Shown here: piece after piece, positions 1 to 12,761 of the stretch
How the letters are laid out: every line of letters starts with the position of its first letter
How positions within the stretch are numbered: position 1 is the first letter of the stretch
DNA from: Paraspadella gotoi
Lineage: Eukaryota > Animalia > Chaetognatha
Direction: 5' to 3'
Assembly (NCBI GenBank): GCA_051294375.1
Contig: CM119265.1
Span: 20,979,000 to 21,042,999 of the forward strand
DNA length: 64,000 nt
Made by a program: the position numbers and the translations under genes
The notes under the pieces: model-generated
What the model saw: the letters and a program-made list of their open reading frames with translations, nothing else
What the model was told of the DNA's origin: nothing
Databases searched by the model: none

Positions 1-969
1 CTTTTTTCATTTTTTTTTCGTTTGATGATTTATTTTAACTATTGAGAAATTTTTCCTAGAAAGGTGGTTATTAGCCAAGTGGGGTTGAGTTAAAGTTAAT
101 AATAAAATAAGATTGCTTTCATAATTTGCATCTAGTTCGTTTAACATTACTCTTTTTAAAGAGCTGAGGGTATATTTAGTATAATTAAGTGTTTGAAGTG
201 CCTAGAAATTGCCTGAATATCGAATAAATAAATCTCAAATTTAGATAAGTTGTAGAATAATGTTATTAAATATTGCTAGTTTATGCTACCCACTATGTAT
301 TTTTTAGATTAGTTTGACTTCTCTCTGATACCATTTACAATCTTACCGTGTGATCTGGTATGTTCTTTAGTTAAACCGTGGTTTTTTTATATTATTACTG
401 ACATTTTCTTTATTTTGTCAAGTAGCTAGTATTATTACAGTTTGTCTGAAAGAAGCTAAGTCATATCAAAGAAATTCGTATACTTAGTTCCTGGTATAGT
501 TATAAGAATATTTTTCAATTTATTTTTTTTGGATGCGATATGAGTATATTATATTACATCTAGCCAATTTTTTGCACTCTTCCATACCAGTTTTGTTGCG
601 AGGAAATGTTAATCATTGCTTGTAACGTCCCTTTTTAGAACAAATGAGATATATACTTAATTATCTATAGTACGAAAGCATATACTTCGATTTCAGATTT
701 TTAGTCACAATAAAAACAGAAAAGATCTCCTAAAGAAGAATGTTTTATAATATTCTTTTACTAATTAAAAACTGAATTAAAAACTTGTTCGGCGACTGTC
801 GGCTTTTCGACGATGCATGTGATCTGAGAAACTTTTTCCAGAAACGTCCAACACTTATCGCCTCCGTCAAGAAAATACCCTCCTCGCCAAACAAAAAAAA
901 CAAAAAACAAACTCATCCGTGATCCCGCTTCGAATCTTATTGCCGACACAAGCAAAAACAGCAAAGACC

Positions 970-3589
970 ATGTTGCGGAGGCGAACTCAGGACAACGGCC
1001 GATGCGGCTTCGACGACGGCCGCGACGGCACGACCTTCCCGCGTCTAGTCACTCCTCGTCTCCTCCTCTTCCTCTTCCTCCTGGGTGCCTCGCCCTCGCC
1101 GGCCCACTTGGACGAGCACGACCACCTCTACAAGGACGGGGAGGAGGTCATCCTTTGGATGAACACCGTCGGTCCTTACCACAATCGTCAAGAAACTTAT
1201 TCTTACTTCTCCCTCCCGTTTTGCAAAGGGAGTAAGCACACCATCGGTCATTACCACGAAACGCTCGGAGAGGCGCTACAGGTCTGGCCTTGATTTGAGT
1301 TTTCTCTTAATTCCTTTCGTGCTTACGATCGATTTTATTTCTCTCGAATGGCTTTTAAGGGCACCGAGCTGGAGTTCAGCGGTTTGGACATGTTATTTAA
1401 AAAGAACGTCGATAAAGTCGCTTACTGCACCATGGATTTGACGGAAGAAAGTCACGAGGCACTGGTTTACGCGGTCAAAAACCATTATTGGTGGGTACAA
1501 AGGATGATTTTATGGACTCTATACGTATTCCTCGAATTGTAATTGCAGAAAGCAATAAGGATTATGAATTGCAAATTTCTGTTGATGATTTCCTAAATTC
1601 ACAGCCACTCTAACCCGAACCTTACGAGAGACTAAGGCTAAATATTAAGATAATTCTCTGGGCGCGCAGGTATCAGATGTACATGGACGACCTTCCAGTC
1701 TGGGGAATCGTCGGGGAAATCGAGGACGACGGAAATTCTTTTTATATTTGGACTCACAAGAAGTTCGACATCGGCTACAATGGAGACCAAATTGTCGACG
1801 TTAACCTGACGAGCGAATTTAAAGTGAGTGACGCTGCTCGGAACCAACTTTCCTTTATGCATAGGAACTACGGTTAGGAATCTGATGTAAATTTGAGTTT
1901 CACCCATTTCGTCGATCCCATCCACGTCGCTTTTCTCTCTTCCATTAAGGTCAAATTGGTGCCCAAGGCCAAAATTCCCATCACCTACGAAGTGCACTGG
2001 CGGCCATCCTCGGTGGTGTTCCACGATCGATTCGACAAATACTTGGACCCCAACTTTTTCCAGCACCGCATCCACTGGTTCTCCATCTTTAACTCTTTCA
2101 TGATGGTCATTTTCCTCGTCGGTCTCGTCACCATGATCCTCATGCGGACTCTGAAGAAGGACTACGCCAGATACGCCAAGGAGGACGACGTCGAGGAGAT
2201 GGACCGGGATTTGGGCGACGAATACGGATGGAAACAGGTACGGGGCTAATCCCAGTTTTTCTCCCTCAATCCACTTTTTTTTTTATTTGCCCCCTTTTTT
2301 TTTTTTTTTTTGGCGCCCAGGTCCACGGAGACGTTTTTCGTCCGGCGACGCATCCGATGCTGTTTTCGGCGCTGATCGGCACCGGTTACCACATCTCCTT
2401 CGTCTCCCTTCTCGTGATCGTCGTCGCCATCTTAGGAGAGCTATACACGGAGCGCGGGTCCATGGTGTCCACCTCCATCTTTGTCTATGCTGCGACCAGT
2501 CCGATCAATGGATACTTCGGTGGATCTCTTTACGCTCGAATGGGAGGGAAAATATGGATCAAGCAAGTAGGTTTTTTTCTTCCGCCTGTTTTGACAAATT
2601 TTTTTCAAATTATTTTAACCTGTTTTTTTTTTTTTTTTCAGATGATCCTGTCGGCCTTCCTCCTTCCCTCCCTCGTTTGCGGCACGGCTTTTTTCATCAA
2701 CTTCATCGCGATCTACTATCACGCCTCCCGCGCCATTCCCTTCGGCACCATGGTCGCTGTCACGTGCATCTGCCTCTTCGTCATTCTGCCGTTGACCCTG
2801 GTCGGCACTATCCTGGGGCGCAATCTGGCGGGCACGCCCAATTATCCTTGCAGAATCAATGCTGTTCCTCGGCCGATTCCGGAAAAGAAATGGTTCATGG
2901 AACCCGCAGTTATCGTCACGGCGGGAGGGTGAGACGCGGGGCCAGAACTGAACGATTTCGGACGATGGGGGAGTTAATGATTTCTTCACTTTTAACCTTT
3001 CTTCGTCTCTTTTCAGGGTTCTTCCATTCGGATCAATCTTTATAGAAATGTATTTCATCTTTACCTCCTTTTGGGCGTACAAGATCTATTACGTGTATGG
3101 ATTCATGTTGCTCGTTTTCATCATCCTCGCCGTCGTCACTGTATGCGTCACCATCGTCTGTACCTATTTTCTGCTCAACGCCGAAGACTATAGGTTCGTT
3201 AATTTGTTGACTCAACTTGGTTGGGTCCTCTCTGTTTATTAAGTTTTAGTTTAAATATCTTTTCTCCACCAGGTGGCAGTGGACTTCGTTCTTGGCTGCG
3301 GCTTCAACCTCCGGCTACGTTTACATGTATTCATTTTATTACTTCTTCTTCAAGACGAAAATGTACGGGCTTTTCCAAACGATGTTCTATTTTGGATACA
3401 TGGCACTTTTCTCCATGGCTCTCGGTAAGAAGCCGAACTTTGATTGTGCCAACCTCTGAGTTTTTTGATCCTTAATCATTAATCCATCTTTAATTTTTTT
3501 TATATCCAGGGCTTATGTGCGGGACATTTGGATACGTCGGTACAAGCGCCTTTGTTCGTAAAATTTATTCAACAGTAAAAATTGACTAG
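970..3589 (+). CDS. TM9SF3: Transmembrane 9 superfamily member 3 (EMP70/nonaspanin), 9 exons, 608 aa
   Basis: Exons 970-1281, 1360-1490, 1670-1823, 1950-2237, 2321-2566, 2642-2928, 3017-3193, 3273-3424, 3510-3589, all GT-AG and in frame (1827 nt). Signal peptide followed by [25 protein letters not shown]; [16 protein letters not shown]; [13 protein letters not shown]; [18 protein letters not shown]; C-terminal YSTVKID* (KxD/E motif). These motifs are characteristic of TM9SF3. Confidence 0.97.
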
Positions 3590-3607
3590 TTTTAAAAAAT
3601 TTTCAGA

Positions 3608-3613
3608 AATAAA
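3608..3613 (+). terminator. Candidate polyadenylation signal (AATAAA) of TM9SF3
   Basis: AATAAA about 20 nt after the stop codon, followed by T/GT-rich sequence. Confidence 0.5.
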
Positions 3614-4545
3614 GAGCGGTTCATATCTCATTTGTTTATTTTGAATGTTTGAGTGCCATCCTGTCTATTTTAGAAAAAAATTGGACAAATCCTTAATTTG
3701 CCGCTTATCCGTTTCGAGAGATGTGCTAATTAATTTTTAGTGAAAGGAACTTTTGTTTGATCCTGTAATGTAGTTATTTGTTTGAAAGGGGCAAATATTT
3801 TACCTACTTGCAATTGGTAGTTATATTGATGGGATGTACGAGTTGCTGTTTGTGAGACGCGTATTCCGTAATTTGGCGAAGGTGAAAGAAAATTGGAATT
3901 ACGGTTTCTCTTTAGCCATTTATTTATAACTATAATCTTTCTCGCTCTCATTTCCAGATTAATTTTTCAAGTCTTTTTTTTTTTTACTTCAGATCGATCG
4001 ACGCGTTTTTTTTTTCGATCATTAACTGATTAAGCAGTAGTTGTCATTTAATTCATCTTAATTCTAATTCATATTATATGCTCGCCTCGTATTAGTCGGA
4101 GCTTCAAAGGAGAAAGACGGAAGGCCGTTTGTAAATACGAGTAGTGCAGAGGTTAAATTCTTCCCTGTTTTTAGCAACAAAAAAAAAAAGATCAAATTTT
4201 CGGGTTGGAAGGGACGGAAAGTCGCCGTCTTTATATAATCTCCGCTTTATATCGTGTAAGTTTGTTCTCATCCCCAATGTTTCCACCGCATCGGTTTTTC
4301 TAAGGAAGGTTAATCGTGACACGTAATTAATAATTGTTCAAAAAAAACAAAAAAAACAACAACTTTATAGATATATTTGTCTGAGCGTTATTATTAAGTT
4401 TATAATTTCACCGCATTTCTACAAATTGTAATTATAAAAAAGTAAGTCTTCGGCTGAGCGCGTTGTGTTCACGCGTTTTCCCTGTTTGCGAAGTCTTCAC
4501 CGCAAGTGCCTTCCATCGATAACAAACCAAAAAAACAAAAAAACA

Positions 4546-7500
4546 ATGGACCCTCGTCTTTCGACATTAGTCGCTGGCATCGAGACGCAAAGCGTTCATC
4601 GAATTTTGGCGCCGATCGCCAACCAATTGTCTCGTCTCCTTCTATTTCACGAATCGCGCCAAGTCGCCGTGTCCGAGGATAAAACGACGCGCGTCGACGA
4701 GGGCGCCGAGTTAGCGTCCTCTGAGCTTCCGGCGCTCACGGACGCCATAAAATTGACACTGACTGAATTGACGACGGCAGCGCTTGATGGGAGGGATGCG
4801 AAAGATCCTCTCTCTCCGATCGAGGCGAAAGACAAAGGTTATTAATTAAGGCGGGCAAAAATTGATCGTTTTATCATTGAGTTCTGTAATATAAAATTCA
4901 TTTTTTCATCATATACTTAATTATTATTTATTATCAGTTTTTTAACTAGTGAATATATATATTTATATTTTTTTTAAATATTTTTTTTCTCCTCGCAGAT
5001 GCGGACGTTTTTCGAGTCTCCATGGCGACGGCGTGTCGCGATCTCTCGATCTCCGCCGAGGAGTTGACTTCAGCAGCCTCTATGATCTCCCTATCGATGG
5101 ATCTCGTCCGAGACGAACCTACCATCGCCCGATCTCCCGAGACAGCCGCGCGTCTCCACGACGAAAGCGCCCGATTAGTCAAGGCGGCCAACGCCGTTCT
5201 GCAACAAACAATTCACGTTCTTCTCCTCGCCGACGAGCAAGAGGCCAAGAATCTCGTCGTCCGCATCGATGGCGTCGTCGACGTCTTTTCCGTCTTCCTC
5301 GAGACGCGCGACATCAAGGATCTCGTGCCGCGATTTCGCTCACTCACTGAATCCATTCTCGAAGCGACGGCAGCCGTAGAAAATCGCTCTCAAGATCTCT
5401 CGAAGCCGCGGAAGAGAGCCTCGGTCAACGCGGCCATCGTTGCCTTGCGGAAGACGCCGAGCGCCCTCTGCGCCGCTATGCAGACGTACGTCAAATATCC
5501 GGACAACGTGCAAGCCCGGACTAGTCGCGACTTTGCCGCCGGTCAGTTCGTCGATGCGGTGGATGAGGTGAAGCGACTTTTGGTTGGGAAGGATGCAGAG
5601 GATGCTCCCGCCAGCTTCAGGCTTAACATTGACGAGGCCCTGGAAAGCCTTCGCCCCCAGCAAAGAACAGAACTGACAGAAGATTTTGACACCGTGGTTG
5701 AAGCCATTATCAGACACAGGTTCGCATTACTTATCCATGAAATTTTAATTTTAATTTTAGAATTAAATAAAAATTTCAAACGCAACGAAAAGAAAAGATA
5801 AGCACGAAAGAACAATGTCAACCCATTGAAAAATTTTAAAATGTCTTTCGTTTAGCATGACGGTGTTGCATTTGACGGTTGACGAGTCGCATCGTTCCTC
5901 GATCGTCTCTGCGTGTCAACGCGTCCTCAAACTTAAGTCAAGCGTCGCCGATTACGTCAACAACGTCGCCGAGAATCCCTCCTTCCAACAGCTGCGACGA
6001 GATTTCGACTTTCTCGCCGATAAGTTGGCCGACGGTTTTAAGGATCTCGAGTCGGTCGTTAACGAAGCCGTTTTGAAGCTTCTTGTCACGACCTTCGCTG
6101 AGACACACGAACCGTTGGAACGTCTTATCAAAGTGGCCATGGTGTCGGACGAGGCAGAATCTTCATCGGCGGACTTTGAGGATTATGTGGACGACTTTGC
6201 GTTGCATGCAGAATCAATGGCCATGGTGGCCTCGTTTGTTGCGGGTGAGTAACTACAGTAGATGTTTCAGAATTTTCGATTCTATTCCGTTCATGAATTC
6301 ATTCTCATTCGCCAGCCTCGTCATCCGACACACGACGCGTCTATCTCCTCCAATCTTCCCTCCGTCGACTCGAGTCTCTCGATCCAGAAGTTGTCCCTGG
6401 CGTCGCCGCTCTCCGCGCCCGCGCCGACGACGCCGCCGCCCTCGAGCATCTTCGCCTTTTGAAGTCCGAATGGCGGTCGACCCTCGAATCGGTCGCCGCT
6501 GTCGTCGACGAGATGGTGGACCCACGCGCCTTCTTCGAAGCCTCTCTTGCCGCTATGAAAGAGCGCATCTCTACTTTGCGCGGGGCTTTGCTCGGGCGTG
6601 ACGCCACCTTTGCACTGCAGGAGTCTCGCGCGCTCGCCGCTATGGGTTCGCATGTGGCTCAAGTCGGTAGATCCGTCGTCAACCGGTGTTGCGACGTGAC
6701 ATTTCGTGCCGGACTTTCCTCCTTGGTTACGCAGATGGAATCGGCCCCGCCCGAGCTTAGGCGTGCGACGAGGCGCTCCATCAGCGCCTGGAACGATGAG
6801 TCTAATGACGACGTCGTTAACCGCGCCCGCGACAGAAACATGAACAAAGCGTATCGCACGCTGAATTGCGCGCAGCGCGTTTTGAAAGGAATGAACGCAG
6901 AAAATCATCCGGATGTTTTTACTGCCATCAGAAGAGCAACGAAAAAAGAAAAGAAGGGAAATAATAAGCCTGAATTGGACGTTCAGCAATTCGAAGATAA
7001 GGTGACTCGAAAAGAGAATTACCTCGAGGATCTCGAAAAAGAAAACCGATATCACGAGGTAACGCGAATCCTGGCCACCGCTTCCAGTAAATCTGTGACT
7101 TCCGCGCTCTCGCCGATCTCCGGCGCTACCCTCGTTCGTCACGCCCTTTCGACATCCGCCGCCCGCCTCGATTTTCTTCTTGACCGCCTGGCGGCGCGTG
7201 CTAATCATCTGACAGAAGTGGCCGATGATCTTATTGCGCATGTGACTAGTCCAGCCTCGCGGGTTTCTCTTGACGCGACTACGAAAGAGTTGACCGATGC
7301 GACACCTTCTCTGGTCTCGCGGGCCAAACGCGTCCACAAGGGCGACATTAACGAGTTAGCGGCTTTAAATCGGGCTGCCGCGGATTGGGATGACCTCGTG
7401 ACGAAGTTGGAGGCTCGTCTAGAGGAGGAACTCATGTTCTGGGAAGCTCCGCTGGCGAATCTTAAGGACGCCGTTGACGCCGGGGACGAGCGACGAGTCG

Positions 7501-10500
7501 ATTCAGAGGGTATCAAGATCCAAGATATCTCCCAAAGTTGGTCGCAAGTGTTGGGGATGACATTGACGGCGATAGAAGCTCGACGAGGCGATGACGGGGC
7601 CATCCTTTTTCCGGCTCGAGTCAACTCATCCGACGACGTTCTTCGCCGTCAATTGCAGCAGCATGCTAAGGATTTGCCACGGCTGACGCAACATTTGCTC
7701 TCCTCTGCCGATGTGAAATCGCAACAAGACAAAGACGATTTTTCCGACGCCAACACCCCCTTTCGTCGAGCTTGTCGAGAGTGGAGCGCTGGCTTCTATA
7801 TCGCCTGTAAGCGCATTGACGAAGCCATGTGGAAGGGATTCCCGCAGACCGTACTGCAGGACTCCTTGATAGGCGTCGACGTCGGCCAAACGCAAAAGGC
7901 CCTCGCTGCTATTCGCGATGCGAACGAAAACTATGTCGCCATGGCGGAAATTCTGCAGGAAGTCGGACAAGAAAAGTTGGATTCGGAAAAGTTGTCCAAA
8001 GTGCTGCAGTTGGCGAGAGAATCAAAGCTTCTTTCTGAGGCGATCGCCGACGTCGCTAAAGCCGTGGCCAACAACAAACCCGCCACGTTAGACGATGGCG
8101 GCGATGGAGGCACTCGAGTTTCCAACTTCATCCATTCTGGCGCCGAACTGCGACGTCGCCTGTTCTCCATTGCGCCCCTAATTCAGAAGGTCGCCATCCT
8201 CACCCGGGCCTGGACGGCCAAGGTCGAGAGTCTCGCGATTGAAATCGATGGCGTCGTGGAAGAAACTGCGGCTTCCGTCGACGAACTGCTGGGGATGGCT
8301 TACGGTCTTCTCGGTAACTGATAATAATCTAGTTATAAGTTAAATGATACTTCTTAAGTACATAATTATTGGATTATTCTTAAGGTCGAAGCATCGGCGT
8401 GTCCTCAACGAGTTTCTCGTCCGCCTCCCGCCAATGGGATTCGGCGGCCGACGCTTTTATAGAAAGAATCATCGCCGCCAAACGATCGGCGAGGGATCAA
8501 CTTCAACGCCTCGTCGACGGCGCTCATCATGAAAACGCCCACGACGTCGCCTCAGGTGACTATTTGAGCCCCTCCTCAGTAACATTAAAAGACTGTGTTC
8601 ACTCGCTTACAGTTACATTCTCTTTTCGTCAACAGCGCTCGAAGCTTTCTCGGACGTGAGTCATCGTCTCCACGCTTTTCTCACCGACCTGGCCGATCAC
8701 GGATCCCGTAAGTCGCCAACCGACAACCCATCTTCTTCCGCCTTCCAACATGCTCTCGACGGTCGCGGGGTCGCCGCTCTGTTGCGTCGAGAGTGGGCGT
8801 GCCAAGCTCACGCGCTCGTGCATGCCCTGCAGAAATCGCCCGGTGTTAGCGAATCCGTTATTGGTAATTGACAAAACTAATTTATTAAACTACACAAAAT
8901 TAGACTAATGTGTTTTCAATGACTCGTCTTGTTTCTCAAGGTGAAGTGAGGCTTTTGATTCTCGGCCAAGCCGACAAACTTCGCCGCTACTCTTCTTCGT
9001 CTTCTTCTATGGACGATAACGACGACGCCGTCGCCAAGTCATCAGAACCCCGCCAACCGCCGTCGCCGCCGGCTTCATTCTGTTTCGCCACGCCCTCTTC
9101 TAGTCACGCCTCTTCGTCGGTGCGTCGTCGACAAACTCCGCGCGAAAGACGTCAGTTAAAGAGTCTCAAGCCGTTGATGATGTCGACCAAGTTCTCCGAT
9201 TCGCCGCTTCTCGACGTCACTTCCACACCGATCCGTAAGAAGCGGGAAACTAACATTGGTGGTGCGGTAACGTCGCCGCCTTTGGAAGGAACGCCCATCC
9301 GAAAAAAAGAAATTAAGAAACTCGAGGGAGAAGCGACGAAAGTTGCTTCCACGGATGATGATGAGGAAAATGCGAACGGTGAGATAGCAGTTTCCGAAAA
9401 TCCCTTCCCGTCGTTGGTCGACGCGATTCAACAGACAGACGTGGTGGAGCATCCGTCGGACAAGAAAACTTCGACGGACGTCTTCACGGAGCCTTCCCCC
9501 CTCGACGGCGAGAGTTCCAGTTTGGACACGACGATAAAATCTTCGAAAAAAATCGCCGACGCAGCGTTTTCGTTGCAACGTGAAACGGAGAAGTTTGGAA
9601 TCGAAGCGACGAAAGAGAACGCAGTGATGAAAGTAAGCTGGTTTCTGGCGTTTTTGCTATAATTTTCACAAGCACCATGTAATTTTTTAAACCATAAAAT
9701 ATTTATTTTAAAACTTCTGGCACTCGCAATCTCGTAAGGCGGCCAACTCCATGTCCCTGCGTATGAGCGCTATCGCTGACTACTTTCGAGCATCTCCGTC
9801 TGCCGAAGACGCCTTTCGCACGAAGGAGGACTTGCTAAAGTCGACGAGGGCGATAGCCTCCGACGGCGCCGTCATCGTACGATTCGCCAAAGCAATCGCC
9901 CTGCTTTGCGCCGACAGCGACGCTGGCAGGGTAAGGATGAGTTAAACCTGAATGAAGAGCTATGAGAATTTACATTAGTTGTTTTTTTTTTTGTTTTTTT
10001 TTCAGGATCTTCTTTACTACTCGAATCAAATTTCTAGTCTTTCGACCCAACTGACGATCCTGGCCTCGGTCAAGGCCTCATCGTCGTCTTCACCTTCGAC
10101 CGTCGGACTTCCACGCGATACGCAACAGTCCGACGCCGTCCTCGTGAAAAACGCGCAGAATATGATGGAAGCCGTCTCGCGAACCTTGCGCGCCGCGGAA
10201 GGCGCCTGCGTGAAGGTGAGATTAGTGGATGAAAGAGACCATTATTGTTTTGTGATTTTTGAGGTAGTTTTTTTTCCCCATCTCAGGGTTTAGTACATTC
10301 GCCTTCCTCTTCGCCCACGCATGCCGCGACGACGGTCGCAAAAGAAAATGAAGAAGATGAATCCATGGCCTTGGCGGCGGTGGCGTTGTCGCGTCTTTGG
10401 CGCGACCATCTTGACCGTTATCGTCGATCGGAAGTCTCTTCTTCTATACTAGGAGGTTTGGGGCTGAGGAGAGTGGACAGCTCAAAAGCGGCGCCGAAAC

Positions 10501-10523
10501 TTATTGAACTCGCTACTATTTAA
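4546..10523 (+). CDS. Vinculin/alpha-catenin superfamily protein, atypically long (~1709 aa, 10 exons)
   Basis: Exons 4546-4837, 4999-5719, 5856-6244, 6316-8313, 8385-8555, 8636-8863, 8941-9632, 9739-9930, 10006-10215, 10287-10523; GT-AG, phases consistent (5130 nt). N-terminus IETQSVHRILAPIANQLSRLL resembles the vinculin/alpha-catenin start; ALCAAMQTYVKYPDNVQARTSRDF is alpha-catenin-like; the C-terminal helical actin-binding tail contains QISSLSTQLTILASVKA and LVKNAQNMMEAVSRTLRAAEGACVK. Confidence 0.9.
4847..4953 (+). repeat. Truncated copy (left end) of the MITE-like element at 12176-12761, inside intron 1 of the vinculin-like gene
   Basis: taaggcgggc..aattgatc..tctgtaatataaaatt..atatacttaa..tttattatcagttttttaactagtgaa is shared with 12176-12274. 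Confidence 0.75.
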
Positions 10524-10965
10524 ACCACTTTTGACTTGAAAATGGTTCCATTTTTTGGGCTCTATTTCAGTAAACTTTGATCGGAAATGTAAAAAAAAAC
10601 AACATTGCAATAATAATTACGTATTCTTTACATCGCTTCTAAAAGCGCTTAAATATTTTTCTTCTTCACACTCTTGTGCCTTTAAAATTTTATATTGATA
10701 TTAATTTTATATACATGAAAAGTTACGATTGCTCATTTTGTAATCTTTTTGGTTTTGTTACGTTTAATTTTATCTTTTTCGTTAACAACTTTTTATTTCC
10801 AGTGACTAGCGTCTCTGTTGTGACATTTTTTGAAAGGATTAAATCTGAAACATGATCTCATGAACAATTAAATTGTGGGCGCTCATATTAGAAACTAGCC
10901 CCGAAACGCTTCACTTTGCCAATTAGCCCCTCGTGAGAAGTATTACCCGAGCCGTCGAAGCATTT

Positions 10966-10975
10966 GTCACGTGAC
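10966..10975. promoter_or_regulatory. Perfect CLEAR-type E-box GTCACGTGAC upstream of AP-1 sigma
   Basis: Exact 10-bp palindrome ending 38 nt before the ATG at 11013; matches the MiT/TFE (TFEB/Mitf/HLH-30) and USF consensus. Confidence 0.6.
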
Positions 10976-11012
10976 TTGACCGGACTCTATTAAGTCGATA
11001 TAAACCGCGACG

Positions 11013-11744
11013 ATGATCCAGTTTATGCTGCTCTTCAGTCGTCAGGGCAAACTCCGCCTTCAAAAGTGGTACGTGCCTCACCCGGATAAAGTGAAGAAAA
11101 AGATCACGCGCGAACTCGTTACCACCGTCTTGGCGCGGAAGCCCAAGATGTGCTCCTTCCTCGAGTGGAAAGATTTGAAGGTGAGGCGACGTCGCGGGTC
11201 TATTCGGAGAAAATTTATTTTTCATCCTCACTTTTCGGTTTTTCGGTATGTCTGTCCGTCGGTCTGTTCCACTTACGCTAAAAACGTTTATAACTTGCCT
11301 ATCAAATCTAAGCAACTACTTGGAATAACCGTTCCTTGTTTTCCCTTCTTAAAGATTGTCTACAAGCGATACGCGTCTCTCTACTTTTGCTGCGCCGTGG
11401 AAAATTCAGACAACGAACTTCTTACGCTGGAAATCATCCACCGCTACGTGGAACTTCTCGACAAGTACTTTGGCTCAGTTTGCGAGCTTGACATCATCTT
11501 CAATTTCGAAAAGGTTTGAATTTTTTTTTTTGGGGGGGGGTGGAATTTAGATCATTTTTCAATGGTTCTGGAATTAAAAATAAAATCGTGTCTCCAGGCC
11601 TACTTTATGCTGGACGAACTTCTACTCGGAGGCGACGTCCAAGAAACTAGCAAAAAGAACGTGTTAAAAGCCATCGCCGCGCAGGACCTGCTTCAGGAGG
11701 AGGAGACGCCGCAGGGCTTCTTTGAGGACCACGGGCTCGGTTGA
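11013..11744 (+). CDS. AP1S2: AP-1 complex subunit sigma (invertebrate co-orthologue of AP1S1/2/3), 3 exons, 157 aa
   Basis: Exons 11013-11180, 11355-11513, 11598-11744 (474 nt). [81 protein letters not shown]. Confidence 0.97.
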
Positions 11745-12175
11745 ATTGAGGGGGAGGAGATGACTGAAAAGATTTAACAAGGTCGCCATTATATTATTAT
11801 TAGCATTAATAGTGAATCTGTTGTTTTTTTTCATAATTTCTGCATGTCGAAATGTTTCCTTATTGACCCAACTCTAGCAATCTCTAAAGCGTGATCTGTA
11901 TATTTTATAATGTGTTTATATAATGTACTAAATTTCGGTGTTAAATTTAGAATGTAATATTAGATTTTTTTTAGTAAAACCGCCTAGCTTTTCTTTAATT
12001 TGTTTTATTGCATTGAACGATGTTATACATATTAAGGAGCTTATTTTTCAAAATATTTGCATTTTATTGTTTTATATAATTTTATTATGTGATTTAAGAT
12101 ATTAAAACCTCAAGGGTGCCAAAGTTAGTCTCTTTATTTATCGCTTATATGTATTCTACGTAGGGCCCTATATAT

Positions 12176-12761
12176 TAAGGCGGGCTACAATTGATCACTT
12201 TTTATCTGTAATATAAAATTTATTTGTCCATAATATACTTAATCAATATTTATTATCAGTTTTTTAACTAGTGAAGCACAATATAACATTGAAGCATTTA
12301 AATATTTATCAATGCATAAGCAATGAAAAATTTTGTTTTTTAAATTTTATTTTTTAAAAACGGATTCAGATAGTCCATAAAAAGTTGTTTACACAAAGGA
12401 TAATGCGTTTTTCAATATTTTGATGATAAGTGGGTCCAATGATGGAAAAACTTTTTAAAATCATCATTATCATCATCATACTGTAATTTTTATAGTTTTT
12501 GCTAATTTTAACCAATAAAACATATAAATTTAGCAATCTTGTAATAATATTTTTTATTTATTTTTTGAAGCTGTACCCAAATCTGATTCTGATTTTGAAA
12601 AAAAAATTTTTTATAGTAATACGATAAACTTTAAATGCTTCTATGTTATTAACTATATATTTTTAAAATATCGTTATCCCACAGGGATGCTAACGTTATG
12701 TAACAGGGATATAACGTTATTTATATTACAGAACTCTTAGTTTTTACTTTGTTCCGCCTTA
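12176..12761. mobile_element. Non-autonomous DNA transposon (MITE-like), ~585 bp
   Basis: Inverted termini taaggcgggctacaa ... tttgttccgcctta; AT-rich interior without a recognisable ORF; TA (or imperfect TTAA/TTAC) at the ends; a second partial copy at 4847-4953 starts at the same terminus. Confidence 0.65.

Noticed and set aside
919-969. Upstream GTG start extending TM9SF3
   Set aside because: The ATG at 970 has a good Kozak context (ACCATG) and gives a normal-length protein.
1491-1949. Possible intronic C/D snoRNAs in the longer TM9SF3 introns (TGATGA at ~1583; CTGA at ~1882)
   Set aside because: The box C- and box D-like motifs are in different introns and there is no terminal stem.
6321-7337. 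338-aa minus-strand ORF and other antisense ORFs over the genes
   Set aside because: Shadow ORFs of GC-rich coding exons on the opposite strand; no recognisable motifs.
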